Shown here piece after piece: positions 26,755 through 36,045 of a stretch of DNA of 46,018 nt (positions are counted from its first letter, which is position 1; every line of letters begins with the position of its first letter). The stretch spans positions 1-46,018 of the forward strand of contig USRP01000002.1 in assembly GCA_900557185.1 (NCBI GenBank). Direction: 5' to 3'. The notes under the pieces are model-generated. The model ran no database searches, was not told the DNA's origin, and was given only the letters and a program-made list of their open reading frames with translations. A program made the position numbers and the translations under genes. Source of the DNA: an uncultured Mycoplasmatota bacterium. Lineage in GTDB: Bacteria > Bacillota_I > Bacilli_A > RF39 > UBA660.

Positions 26755-28281
26755 ATGAGATTAAATAAAAGAAAAAAACAAAAAAGTTTAAATCCAATTT
26801 TTACAATTTTAACTTTAACTTTTATTATTATGATTGTAAGCCTTCTTTTTTCTGTTTTAGGAATCGAAGGACATAAGAGTACGATTGTCAATGATAGTTT
26901 AGAATCCTCTTTAACAACTGTTAAAAATATATTTTCACTAGACGGGATTCATTTCTTATTTGGTAATATTGTCAATTCATTTACCACATTTGAACCACTT
27001 GCTTATTTAGTACTATCTCTTATTGGAATTAGTATTGGATCAGCCAGTGGGTTATTTCAAAAATTATTCTCTCCATTAAAGAAACTTCGTTTAAGTGTTT
27101 TAACTTTTGTATTACTTCTTGTATCTATTATTTCTAATATCATTGGTGAATATAGCTTTATGTTGTTAATTCCACTGGCAGGTGTAATGTATCAATATGC
27201 TGGTAAAAACCCAATGTTAGGAGTCATGACCGCCTTTTTAGGTACAAGCATTGGTTATGGAACCAATATTATATTTACTTATGATGATTATGCCTTAGGA
27301 ATGTTAACGCAAGTAGCAGCCAATGCAACCGTAGATGAAAACTATGTCTTTGACTTATTCTCTACAAGTATTATTGGACCAGTATCGACATTTATTTTAG
27401 CGTTTATTGGTACGATTATTATCACGAAATTCTTAGCTCCAAAATTACCTAAGAAATGTCATCTTGATGATGAAGTAGTATACAAAGATTCTAAAGTAGC
27501 AGCTCGTATCAGTGGTGTTTTATTTATTTTAATCGCTTTAGTAATTGGATATATGATTATTCCTGGACTACCAGGTTCTGGAGCATTGTTAGATCATAAT
27601 GAAACTGAATATATTGCTCAATTATTTAGTCCAAATGCACCATTTCGTACAGGAATTATTTTATTCATTACTATTATATTAGTTTTATGTTCTTTCATAT
27701 ATGGAATTATATCTGGTAATTTAAAATCAACAGAAGATTGTGGATTAGGATTATCGAAAGAATTTAAAAATGTCGGTTACTTATTTGTATTATTATTCTT
27801 TGTTTCAAATATGTTGGCAATCTTAAATTGGACAAATATAGGAAGTGTTATTACAACGCGATTAGTTGATTTTATCAGTACATTACAAATTTCCGGAATG
27901 CCATTAATTATAGCTGTATTTATTCTTATTATTATTGCTAGTATTCTAATTCCTGGAAATATCGAAAAATGGACGTTATTATCACCAATCGTCATTCCAT
28001 TATTTATGAGAGCAAATATCACTCCAGATTTTACACAAGTCTTATTTAAAGCAGCCGATGGTATCGGTAAGAGTATTTCTCTTTTCTTTGTTTATTTCAT
28101 TATTATGGTAGGTTTCCTACAAAAATATAATGCCGAAAGAAAAGAAGAAATCACATTATTTGGTACATTAAAGATTTTATTTCCATCCATTTTATTATTT
28201 ACAATTGTATGGATATTGATTATAATAGGTTGGTATTTAGTGGGATTACCACTAGGAATGAATACGATGCCAACATTATAA
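26755..28281 (+). CDS. Polytopic membrane transporter, probably AbgT (p-aminobenzoyl-glutamate transporter) family
   Basis: 508 aa, at least 11 hydrophobic segments. The N-terminal basic segment plus FEPLAYLVLSLIGISIGSASGL resembles the AbgT N-region from memory. Confidence 0.5.
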   Translation: MRLNKRKKQKSLNPIFTILTLTFIIMIVSLLFSVLGIEGHKSTIVNDSLESSLTTVKNIFSLDGIHFLFGNIVNSFTTFEPLAYLVLSLIGISIGSASGLFQKLFSPLKKLRLSVLTFVLLLVSIISNIIGEYSFMLLIPLAGVMYQYAGKNPMLGVMTAFLGTSIGYGTNIIFTYDDYALGMLTQVAANATVDENYVFDLFSTSIIGPVSTFILAFIGTIIITKFLAPKLPKKCHLDDEVVYKDSKVAARISGVLFILIALVIGYMIIPGLPGSGALLDHNETEYIAQLFSPNAPFRTGIILFITIILVLCSFIYGIISGNLKSTEDCGLGLSKEFKNVGYLFVLLFFVSNMLAILNWTNIGSVITTRLVDFISTLQISGMPLIIAVFILIIIASILIPGNIEKWTLLSPIVIPLFMRANITPDFTQVLFKAADGIGKSISLFFVYFIIMVGFLQKYNAERKEEITLFGTLKILFPSILLFTIVWILIIIGWYLVGLPLGMNTMPTL

Positions 28282-28293
28282 GGGGGAATCAAT

Positions 28294-29391
28294 ATGAGTT
28301 TAACAGCAGGAATCGTAGGCCTTCCAAACGTTGGAAAGTCTACTTTATTTAACGCAATTACAAAAAAACATATTTTAGCAGCCAACTACCCATTTGCTAC
28401 AATCGAACCAAATGTCGGAGTAGTAACCGTTCCTGATTATCGTTTAGATGTCTTAACGGAATTAGTACATCCAGCAAGAACCATTCCAACAACATTTGAA
28501 TTTACTGATATTGCTGGACTTGTAAAAGGAGCTTCGACAGGAGAAGGGTTAGGGAATAAATTCTTAAGCCATATTCGTGAAGTAGACGCGATTGTAGAAG
28601 TAGTAAGATGCTTTGAAGATGGAAATATTACCCATGTCGAAGGTAAAATCGATCCAATTCGCGACATTGAAATCATTCATGTAGAATTAATTCTAGCTGA
28701 CTTAGAAGTCATTGATTCAAGGCTTGGTCGTCTCGGTAAAAAAGCAGAAATGACGAAAGATAAAGATACTTTATTAGAAGTAAATCTTATGAAAAGACTC
28801 AAAGAGAACTTAGAAAAAAATATTCCAGCACGTGCTTTGGAATATACCGATGATGAATTAAAAGTATTAAAATCATTTAATTTATTAACTATGAAACCAA
28901 TCATATACGTTTCTAATGTCAAGGAAACGGAAATATTAGAAGAAAATGAATATGTGCAACAAGTAAAAGAATATGCTCAAAAAGAAAAAGCAGAAGTGAT
29001 TGTTGTTAGTGCGAAGATAGAAGAAGAATTAAGTGAATTAGAAGAGGAAGATAAAAACTTATTTCTACAGGATTTAGGACTACAAGAAAGTGGACTAGAC
29101 CAATTAATTCGCGCTACATATTCTTTATTAGGACTCGCAACCTATTTTACAGAAGGTACAGATGAAGTTCGTGCTTGGACATTTAAAAAAGGAATGAAGG
29201 CACCTGAATGTGCTGGTATTATTCATACTGACTTTGAAAAAGGATTTATTAAAGCAGAAGTAATGAGTTATGAAGACTTTGCTGAGTTAAAATCTGAAAA
29301 AGCAGTCAGAGAAGCAGGAAAACTTCGTTTGGAAGGTAAAGACTATATCATGCAAGATGGAGATATTTGTTTATTCCGCTTTAATGTATAA
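28294..29391 (+). CDS. ychF: Ribosome-binding ATPase YchF
   Basis: GIVGLPNVGKSTLFNA, DIAGLVKGAS, C-terminal TGS-like DGDICLFRFNV. Confidence 0.97.
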   Translation: MSLTAGIVGLPNVGKSTLFNAITKKHILAANYPFATIEPNVGVVTVPDYRLDVLTELVHPARTIPTTFEFTDIAGLVKGASTGEGLGNKFLSHIREVDAIVEVVRCFEDGNITHVEGKIDPIRDIEIIHVELILADLEVIDSRLGRLGKKAEMTKDKDTLLEVNLMKRLKENLEKNIPARALEYTDDELKVLKSFNLLTMKPIIYVSNVKETEILEENEYVQQVKEYAQKEKAEVIVVSAKIEEELSELEEEDKNLFLQDLGLQESGLDQLIRATYSLLGLATYFTEGTDEVRAWTFKKGMKAPECAGIIHTDFEKGFIKAEVMSYEDFAELKSEKAVREAGKLRLEGKDYIMQDGDICLFRFNV

Positions 29392-29422
29392 TTATTATAG
29401 AAATTTCTATAATAATTTTTTT
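29391..29422 (+). terminator. ychF terminator (26-bp palindrome ATTATTATAGAAATTTCTATAATAAT plus T-run)
   Basis: Read directly. Confidence 0.7.
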
Positions 29423-29504
29423 ATTATCTATTAAGAAGAACTAAACATATACTCAAAAATGTCAATGAATTTTATACTTATCATGGCAATGTATGAAAAA
29501 TTTG

Positions 29505-29533
29505 TTTACAATTCACATATTATTTGTTATAAT
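29505..29533 (+). promoter_or_regulatory. Sigma-A promoter TTTACA-N17-TATAAT (TG-extended) of the rpsF-ssb-rpsR operon
   Basis: Hexamers and spacing read directly. Confidence 0.6.
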
Positions 29534-29539
29534 CTTAAG

Positions 29540-29605
29540 CGAGTATGAATTTACTCCTTGCTTTTGAATGATCAAAAGCCACTTAGACCACAAGGAGGTG
29601 TAAAA
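29540..29605 (+). promoter_or_regulatory. Structured rpsF 5' leader (candidate S6:S18 autoregulatory element)
   Basis: CTCCTTG (29565-29571) is complementary to the SD-containing CAAGGAG (29591-29597). An inner hairpin CTTTTGA/TCAAAAG is present. Confidence 0.4.
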
Positions 29606-29896
29606 ATGAGAGAATACGAAATCATGTTTATCGTAAGACCTACATTATCTGAAGAAGACACAAAAAAAGTGATTGAAAACTTCAAAAATGTATTAACAAA
29701 TCATGGAGCTACAATTACTGGTGAAACAGATATGGGACAAAGAGAATTAGCTTACGAAATCAAAAAATGTAAAAGTGGATACTATTACGTATTAACTTTA
29801 AGTGCAAATGATGATGCTGCAATTAAAGAATTCGATCGTTTAGCTTTAATCAGCAATGATGTAATTCGTCATTTAATCACAAAAATTGAAAAATAA
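29606..29896 (+). CDS. rpsF: 30S ribosomal protein S6
   Basis: [12 protein letters not shown]...; ATG 29606 with GGAGGTG RBS. Confidence 0.95.
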   Translation: MREYEIMFIVRPTLSEEDTKKVIENFKNVLTNHGATITGETDMGQRELAYEIKKCKSGYYYVLTLSANDDAAIKEFDRLALISNDVIRHLITKIEK

Positions 29897-29910
29897 AGGA
29901 GATACGTTTT

Positions 29911-30384
29911 ATGAATCGAGTATTATTAATTGGAAGATTAACAGCTAAACCAGAACTACGATATACAGCTTCTAACTTACCATTTACACGTTTTTCTGTT
30001 GCAGTAAATCGTACATTCAGTAATCGTGACGGAGAAAGAGAAACTGATTTTATCAATATAGTAGTATGGAGAAAACAAGCTGAAAATGTATGTAATTACT
30101 TAGATAAGGGAAGTTTAGTTTCTATTGAAGGTAGACTTCAAACAAATAATTACGAAGATAAAGATGGAAACAAAAGATATTCTATGGAAGTTGTTGCTGA
30201 CTCTGTACAATTCTTAGAGAGCAAAGGACAACGTAGTAATCGTGCTAACGAAGCAAGTCCATATGATTATCAACAACCATCAAATAACCAAACAGGAAGT
30301 TATACTAATGATGTCAATGTAGAAGATGATCCATTCGCTGACTTTGGTGATAGCGTATCTATTAGTGATGATTTCCTAGACTAA
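29911..30384 (+). CDS. ssb: Single-stranded DNA-binding protein
   Basis: [21 protein letters not shown]-fold, Gln/Asn-rich linker, acidic tail. Confidence 0.95.
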   Translation: MNRVLLIGRLTAKPELRYTASNLPFTRFSVAVNRTFSNRDGERETDFINIVVWRKQAENVCNYLDKGSLVSIEGRLQTNNYEDKDGNKRYSMEVVADSVQFLESKGQRSNRANEASPYDYQQPSNNQTGSYTNDVNVEDDPFADFGDSVSISDDFLD

Positions 30385-30401
30385 AGAAAGGATGTATAAT
30401 C

Positions 30402-30617
30402 ATGGCTGAAGGATTTAGAAAAAGAAAGAAAATTTGCCAAATGTGTGCTGGTAAAGATGTAAATTATAAAGATGTAGACGTTATTAAAAAATATATTAAA
30501 CCTAATGGTGCTATTACATCTACAAGAATGAACGGTAATTGTAAATTACATCAAAGACATATCGCAAATGAAATTAAAAAAGCTCGTTTTATGGCATTAA
30601 TTCCATTTGTTAAATAA
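30402..30617 (+). CDS. rpsR: 30S ribosomal protein S18 (Cys-containing form)
   Basis: YKDVDVIKKYI and IKKARFMALIPFV signature; rpsF-ssb-rpsR synteny. Confidence 0.9.
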   Translation: MAEGFRKRKKICQMCAGKDVNYKDVDVIKKYIKPNGAITSTRMNGNCKLHQRHIANEIKKARFMALIPFVK

Positions 30618-30641
30618 CAACAGTAATGTTGTTATTTTTTT
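30612..30641 (+). terminator. rpsR terminator
   Basis: AAATAACAAC / GTTGTTATTT stem plus T-run. Confidence 0.7.
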
Positions 30642-30654
30642 GTATATAAGTGCA

Positions 30655-30680
30655 CAAAAAAACTACATAGATATGTAGCT
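30655..30680 (-). terminator. Weak minus-strand terminator after the Lys-rich gene
   Basis: 6-bp CTACAT/ATGTAG stem followed (on the minus strand) by T7. Confidence 0.35.
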
Positions 30681-30681
30681 T

Positions 30682-31554
30682 TTATTCACTAAGTGTACAA
30701 GTTGCTCCAGCAGTTTCTTCTTGTGCTTTTACTTCTTGGACTGTTTTTCCAAGATAAGTTGTTTCTTGAGGAACACTTTCTACGTGTCCATTACCAAAAT
30801 ATGTTTTAATCGTTAATTGATTATTATCGAAGATAATATCATTTTGATTTTGGTTTGCTAATTTCGCACTATCATAACTTCCTTGATCTGCATATTTTTT
30901 TGTAACAATATATTCGTAAGTTACTAAACTATCATTTTCAAATGTAGCAATTGATAGAACAGAACTTTGGTAGTTTTCAATTTGTGTTGGAGTTGTAGTA
31001 CATGTCATTGTCTGAGACTTAATTTCTTCTTCAGTTTTGTCATCTTCTTTAGTAGATTCTTGTAACTCATTTAAAGCTTGTGTCTCTTTCTTTTGACGTT
31101 GTAATTCTTTACGATAAATATTTGTTATAAAAGTAAATGCTAATATAATGATTGCAATGGCTACAACTAAAATTAACGCAAGATTAGAATCTTTTTTAGA
31201 ATCATTTATTTCCTCACTTATTTCTTTTCCTTGTAAACGTAATTCATGTTCTTGAAGTAATTGTTCTTTCTTTTCTTGCCAATCTGGTGTTTTAATACCA
31301 ATATAATCTTCGTATTTATCGAAATCCACTTCTTGAGATGGCTCTAAATGTGGAATTACTACTTTTCTTTCTTGTGTTTTTTTACTAGCAACTTTTTTTG
31401 TTCTAGTTACTTTTTTCTTCTCTTCGTGTTTTGTATTCTTCTTTACAGGTTTTGTTTCTTTTTTAACATTTGTAACCTTCTTTTTCGTTACAGTTTTCTT
31501 TGTCTTTTTTGTCTCAGCTTTTTTCTTTGTTTGTTTTTTATTTGTCTCACTCAT
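30682..31554 (-). CDS. Hypothetical bitopic membrane protein: Lys-rich (histone H1-like) N-terminal tail, one TM helix, roughly 130-aa extracytoplasmic domain
   Basis: MSETNKKQTKKKAETKKTKKTVTKKK..., TM LALILVVAIAIIILAFTFITNIY. Second ATG chosen (GGGGTGA RBS) because the first ATG overlaps a TGTTATAAT extended -10 at 31577-31585. Confidence 0.6.
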   Translation of the reverse strand: MSETNKKQTKKKAETKKTKKTVTKKKVTNVKKETKPVKKNTKHEEKKKVTRTKKVASKKTQERKVVIPHLEPSQEVDFDKYEDYIGIKTPDWQEKKEQLLQEHELRLQGKEISEEINDSKKDSNLALILVVAIAIIILAFTFITNIYRKELQRQKKETQALNELQESTKEDDKTEEEIKSQTMTCTTTPTQIENYQSSVLSIATFENDSLVTYEYIVTKKYADQGSYDSAKLANQNQNDIIFDNNQLTIKTYFGNGHVESVPQETTYLGKTVQEVKAQEETAGATCTLSE

Positions 31555-31665
31555 ATTTTCACCCCATATTTTCTCCATTATAACATATTTTTATAAGAAT
31601 GAAAATGACAATTGTATGATTTTACAGTTGTTCATTTTGTTTTTATGAGAAAATCAAATTGTGTC

Positions 31666-31724
31666 AAAAAATTGTAAAAAAATGAAAAAATTCTCTTGAT
31701 TTTCATATAATTATCATGTATAAT
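31666..31724 (+). promoter_or_regulatory. S10-operon promoter TTGATT (31696-31701)-N17-TATAAT (31719-31724) with three phased A-tracts (UP-element-like)
   Basis: Hexamers read directly. A6-7 tracts at 31666, 31676 and 31685 are spaced about 10 bp apart. Confidence 0.6.
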
Positions 31725-31729
31725 TTTGA

Positions 31730-31857
31730 ATGTGTGGCATGCGTTGATGTGGGAGGTTGCTGATACACCAGGTTAAGTTGTAAACAAAAATAACCGGTTA
31801 TCAGGTTTTCCTAACGGAGCAAGTCTATACTGGATATAGGCGAAAGGAGGATACAAT
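31730..31857 (+). promoter_or_regulatory. About 130-nt 5' UTR of rpsJ with a long-range hairpin (CTGATA 31760-31765 / TATCAG 31799-31804) and 12-bp palindrome ATAACCGGTTAT (31790-31801)
   Basis: Complementarity read directly; function unknown. Confidence 0.3.
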
Positions 31858-32166
31858 ATGTCTAAAACGAAAGTTCGTATCAAATTAAAAGCTTACGAAC
31901 ACAAGAGTTTAGATAACGCTTGTGCGAAAATTGTGGAAACAGTAAAAAGAACAGGTGGAGAAGTATGTGGACCAATTCCACTACCAACTGAAGTGGAAAA
32001 AATCACTATCTTAAGAGCTGTTCACAAATATAAAGATTCACGTGAGCAATTTGAAAGAAGAACACACAAAAGACTTATTGATATCGTAAACCCAAGTAAG
32101 GAGACAATTGAGGCACTAACTCATTTAGATATCCCAAGTGGTGTAGATATTAAAATCAAATTATAA
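31858..32166 (+). CDS. rpsJ: 30S ribosomal protein S10
   Basis: [14 protein letters not shown]...; head of the S10 operon. Confidence 0.97.
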   Translation: MSKTKVRIKLKAYEHKSLDNACAKIVETVKRTGGEVCGPIPLPTEVEKITILRAVHKYKDSREQFERRTHKRLIDIVNPSKETIEALTHLDIPSGVDIKIKL

Positions 32167-32180
32167 TAGGAGGAAAGAAT

Positions 32181-32924
32181 ATGGAAATGAAAGGAATCTT
32201 AGGTCGTAAGATTGGAATGACTCAAGTGTTTACAAAATCTGGAAAATTGATTCCTGTAACTGTTATTTCTGTTGAACCAAATGTGGTAACACAAATTAAG
32301 ACAAAAGAAAATGATGGTTATGAAGCAATTCAATTAGGTTTTGAAACAAAAAGAGAAAAATTAGCGACAAAAGCTTCTATTGGTCATACCAATAAAGCAA
32401 ACACTACACCTAAGCGCTTCTTTAAAGAGATTCGTGGTGTAGATATAAATAACTATTCTTTAGGTCAAGAAATCAAAGTTGATATTTTTGAAGCAGGAGA
32501 AGTAGTAGATGTTACTGGAGTAACAAAAGGTCACGGATTCCAAGGTGTTATTAAACGTCATGGACAAAATCGTGGGCCTATGGGACATGGATCTCATTAT
32601 CATAGAAGACCAGGTTCAATGGGAACTATGAGACCAATGCGTGTTTTTAAAGGTAAAAACTTGCCAGGACATATGGGAGTTGAAACTGTTACAATTCAAA
32701 ATTTAACAATTGTTGCAGTTGATACAGAAAACAATGTTATCTTAGTAAGTGGAAATGTACCAGGAGCTAAGAAGTCACTTGTTACAATTAAAACTTCTGT
32801 AAAAAATCCAGGTAAAAAAGTAGAGATGGATGAACTTGTTTCATACGAAGAAAAACCTCTAGAAACACCAGTGGAAGAAACTACTGAAGAAGTAACAGAA
32901 GAAACTGTTACAGAAGAAAATTAG
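32181..32924 (+). CDS. rplC: 50S ribosomal protein L3 (with acidic C-terminal extension)
   Basis: [14 protein letters not shown] signature; operon order. Confidence 0.95.
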   Translation: MEMKGILGRKIGMTQVFTKSGKLIPVTVISVEPNVVTQIKTKENDGYEAIQLGFETKREKLATKASIGHTNKANTTPKRFFKEIRGVDINNYSLGQEIKVDIFEAGEVVDVTGVTKGHGFQGVIKRHGQNRGPMGHGSHYHRRPGSMGTMRPMRVFKGKNLPGHMGVETVTIQNLTIVAVDTENNVILVSGNVPGAKKSLVTIKTSVKNPGKKVEMDELVSYEEKPLETPVEETTEEVTEETVTEEN

Positions 32925-32942
32925 TAGGGAGGCAAATAGAGT

Positions 32943-33572
32943 ATGAAAAAATTACCTGTATTAAATATAAAGGGTGAAAAAGTAAGCGACATTACATTAA
33001 ATGAAAACGTATTTGGAATTACTCCAAACGATACAGTTTTATATGATGCAATTCGTTTAACAAGAAATGCCCAAAGACAAAGTACTGCAAGTACAAAAAC
33101 ACGTAGTGAAGTAAGAGGTGGAGGAAGAAAACCTTGGAGACAAAAAGGAACTGGTAATGCTCGTCAAGGAAGTATTCGTGCACCACATTGGGTTGGTGGA
33201 GGAGTTGTATTTGGTCCAACACCACAAAAGAATTACAAATTAAAAATGAATCGTAAGGAAAGAAGATTAGCTTTAAAATCAGCTTTATCTTACAAATACC
33301 AAGACAATGAATTAGTAATCGTTGATAACTTCAACCTTGCTGATGGAAAAACAAAAACAGCAAAAGAAGCATTAACAAACTTAAAAGTAAATAACGAAAA
33401 AACAATGATCGTTGTTGACGAATTAACAGACGAAATCATTTTAGCAACTCGCAACTTAGATAATGTATTATTACTTGAAACTGATGAAGTAAATACATTA
33501 GATGTTGTTAGTGTAAATCGTATGGTAATTACTGAAAACGCTGTTAAAAAATTAGAGGAGGTGCTTGGTTAA
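32943..33572 (+). CDS. rplD: 50S ribosomal protein L4
   Basis: [19 protein letters not shown] signature. Confidence 0.97.
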   Translation: MKKLPVLNIKGEKVSDITLNENVFGITPNDTVLYDAIRLTRNAQRQSTASTKTRSEVRGGGRKPWRQKGTGNARQGSIRAPHWVGGGVVFGPTPQKNYKLKMNRKERRLALKSALSYKYQDNELVIVDNFNLADGKTKTAKEALTNLKVNNEKTMIVVDELTDEIILATRNLDNVLLLETDEVNTLDVVSVNRMVITENAVKKLEEVLG

Positions 33573-33853
33573 TGAGTAACTATAGAGATATTATTAAAGC
33601 ACCAGTTGTTACAGAAAAAAGTGCTTATCTTGCACAAAATGAGAATAAATACACATTCCGTGTAGATCCTCGTGCAAACAAAACACAAATTAAACAAGCA
33701 ATCGAAGCAATTTTTAATGTAAAAGTTGAAAGCGTAAATACAATCAACGTAAAACCTAGAAAAAAACGTATGGGACGTTACGTTGGTAAAACAAGAAGAG
33801 TAAAAAAAGCAATTGTGAAATTACAAGAAGGAAGTTCAATCGAACTAAACTAA
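33572..33853 (+). CDS. rplW: 50S ribosomal protein L23
   Basis: [11 protein letters not shown]...YTFRVD signature; operon order. Confidence 0.95.
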   Translation: MSNYRDIIKAPVVTEKSAYLAQNENKYTFRVDPRANKTQIKQAIEAIFNVKVESVNTINVKPRKKRMGRYVGKTRRVKKAIVKLQEGSSIELN

Positions 33854-33871
33854 TCTAAAAGGAGGGAAATT

Positions 33872-34702
33872 ATGGCAATTAAGACATACAAAGCAATGAC
33901 AAATGGTCAACGTGGTAAATCAACATTAACAAATGATGAAATCACTACAACAACTCCTGAAAAATCATTACTTGTAACTCTTAAGAAAAATGGTGGTCGT
34001 AATAACTCTGGTCGCATCACAGTAAGACATCGTGGTGGAGGAGCAAAAAGAAAATACCGTATCATTGATTTTAAAAGAGATAAAGATAATGTAGAAGGAA
34101 CAGTTGCTTCTATTGAATATGATCCAAATAGATCATCTAATATTGCTTTGATTAAATATGCAGATGGAGAAAAGAGATATATTCTTGCTCCAAAAGGATT
34201 AAAAGTAGGAATGAAGGTTGAAAGTGGTGAAAATGCTGATATCAAAGCTGGTAACTCACTTCCAATTGGAAATATTCCAGAAGGAACATTAGTTCATAAT
34301 ATTGAGTTAAAACCTGGAAAAGGTGGTCAAATTGCTCGTTCTGCTGGAAACAGTGCTCAAATTTTAGGACGTGAAGGAAAATATACATTAATTCGTTTAT
34401 CTAGTGGAGAAGTTCGTAAAGTATTAAATACTTGTCGTGCTACTGTCGGAGAAGTAGGAAACGAAGATCATGAATTAGTAAGTTTAGGAAAAGCTGGACG
34501 TAAGAGACATATGGGAATTCGTCCAACAGTTCGTGGTTCTGTTATGAACCCTAATGATCACCCACATGGTGGAGGAGAAGGACGTGCTCCTATTGGTAGA
34601 AAAGCACCAGTTACTCCTTGGGGTAAACCTGCACTTGGTTTAAAAACTCGTGGAACGAAAAAAGCTTCAAACAAGCTAATTGTTCGCCGTCGTAAAAAAT
34701 AA
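33872..34702 (+). CDS. rplB: 50S ribosomal protein L2
   Basis: [28 protein letters not shown] signature. Confidence 0.98.
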   Translation: MAIKTYKAMTNGQRGKSTLTNDEITTTTPEKSLLVTLKKNGGRNNSGRITVRHRGGGAKRKYRIIDFKRDKDNVEGTVASIEYDPNRSSNIALIKYADGEKRYILAPKGLKVGMKVESGENADIKAGNSLPIGNIPEGTLVHNIELKPGKGGQIARSAGNSAQILGREGKYTLIRLSSGEVRKVLNTCRATVGEVGNEDHELVSLGKAGRKRHMGIRPTVRGSVMNPNDHPHGGGEGRAPIGRKAPVTPWGKPALGLKTRGTKKASNKLIVRRRKK

Positions 34703-34721
34703 GAGAAAGGATTGAGATATA

Positions 34722-34988
34722 ATGGCTAGAAGTTTGAAAAAAGGACCATTTGTTGATGCATCTTTAATGAAAAAAGTAGAAGAAGTCAACAAGAGTGGTA
34801 AAAAAGAAGTCATTAAGACTTGGTCACGCCGTTCAACGATTTATCCAGAATTTGTAGGACTTACATTTGGAGTTCACAATGGAAAAGAACATATTCCTGT
34901 TTATGTAACTGAAGATATGGTAGGACATAAATTAGGAGAATTCGCACTTACTCGTAAATTCGGTGGACATGGTGCTGACAAGAAATAA
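34722..34988 (+). CDS. rpsS: 30S ribosomal protein S19
   Basis: [11 protein letters not shown]...HNGK signature. Confidence 0.97.
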   Translation: MARSLKKGPFVDASLMKKVEEVNKSGKKEVIKTWSRRSTIYPEFVGLTFGVHNGKEHIPVYVTEDMVGHKLGEFALTRKFGGHGADKK

Positions 34989-35012
34989 TAAGTAACTGGA
35001 AGGAGGACTAAA

Positions 35013-35348
35013 ATGGAAGCGAAAGCACTTGCTTATGGTGTAAGACTTACACCTCGTAAAGCTCGTTTAGTTATAGATTTAATTCGTGGAAAAAGTGTTG
35101 TAGAAGCTGATCAGATTTTATCTAACATGAATCGTGATGCTTCTAGAGCAATTCATAAGGTTTTAACTTCCGCTGTTGCAAATGCGACAAATAATTTAGA
35201 TTTAAATAAAGATAACTTATTTGTAAAAGAAGCTTTTGTAAACGAAGGAAAACCATTAAAAAGAATGCGTTGTGGATCACGTGGTCATGCAGATCCAATT
35301 AAGAAAAGAACAAGTCACATTACAATTGTTGTAAGTGAGAGAAACTAA
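35013..35348 (+). CDS. rplV: 50S ribosomal protein L22
   Basis: [17 protein letters not shown] signature. Confidence 0.97.
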   Translation: MEAKALAYGVRLTPRKARLVIDLIRGKSVVEADQILSNMNRDASRAIHKVLTSAVANATNNLDLNKDNLFVKEAFVNEGKPLKRMRCGSRGHADPIKKRTSHITIVVSERN

Positions 35349-35364
35349 TAAAGGAGGTAAACTG

Positions 35365-36045
35365 ATGGGTCAAAAAGTTAGTCCAATTGGTCTTAGAATT
35401 GGAATCAATAAAGACTGGGAATCTAGATGGTTTGCTGATAGAAAAGATACAGCTAGATTCTTAGAAAATGACGTAAAGATTCGTAAGTTTTTAGAAAAGA
35501 AATTAAAAGACGCAGCAGTTTCAAGTATTCTTATCGAAAGAACCGCTAAGAAAACCGATGTTATTATCAACACTGCAAAACCAGGTGTTGTAATCGGTCA
35601 CGGTGGAGATGAAATTGAAAAAATCAGAAAAGAACTTTCTAAATTAGTAAATGAAGATGTACAAATTTCTATTATGGAAGTAAAAAATCCTGATTTAGAT
35701 GCTGCTTTGGTTGCAGAAAATATTGCACACCAAATCGAAAATCGTGTATCATTTAGAATTGCACAGAAAAAAGCAATTAGAAATACTATGAAGGCAGGAG
35801 CAAAAGGAATTAAAACTTCAGTATCTGGTCGTTTAGGTGGAGTAGATATGGCTCGTACTGAAGGATATACTGAAGGTATGATTCCACTTCATACTTTAAG
35901 AGCTGATGTTGATTATGCTATTAAAGAAGCTGATACAACATATGGAAAAATCGGTGTTAAAGTATGGATCTACAAAGGAGAAATCCTTCCTTCCAAGAAA
36001 AATAAGGGAGGTAATGAAAATGGCAGTCATTCCAAAAAGAACTAA
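35365..36045 (+). CDS. rpsC: 30S ribosomal protein S3
   Basis: [20 protein letters not shown]; AGGAGG RBS; 26-nt overlap with rplP. Confidence 0.95.
   Translation: MGQKVSPIGLRIGINKDWESRWFADRKDTARFLENDVKIRKFLEKKLKDAAVSSILIERTAKKTDVIINTAKPGVVIGHGGDEIEKIRKELSKLVNEDVQISIMEVKNPDLDAALVAENIAHQIENRVSFRIAQKKAIRNTMKAGAKGIKTSVSGRLGGVDMARTEGYTEGMIPLHTLRADVDYAIKEADTTYGKIGVKVWIYKGEILPSKKNKGGNENGSHSKKN

Noticed and set aside
28092-28385. 97-aa minus-strand ORF overlapping the transporter end and the ychF start
   Set aside because: It is antisense to the ychF P-loop region and the transporter C-terminus, with no start context. It is spurious.
29458-29550. 29-codon ORF (MSMNFILIMAMYEK...) in the ychF-rpsF spacer
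   Set aside because: It has no Shine-Dalgarno sequence and overlaps the predicted rpsF promoter, so it is most likely non-coding.
31348-31596. 82-aa plus-strand ORF rich in Phe/Leu/Cys
   Set aside because: It is the reverse complement of the poly-Lys coding region of the minus-strand gene (AAA/AAG read as TTT/CTT). It has no RBS and is an artefact.
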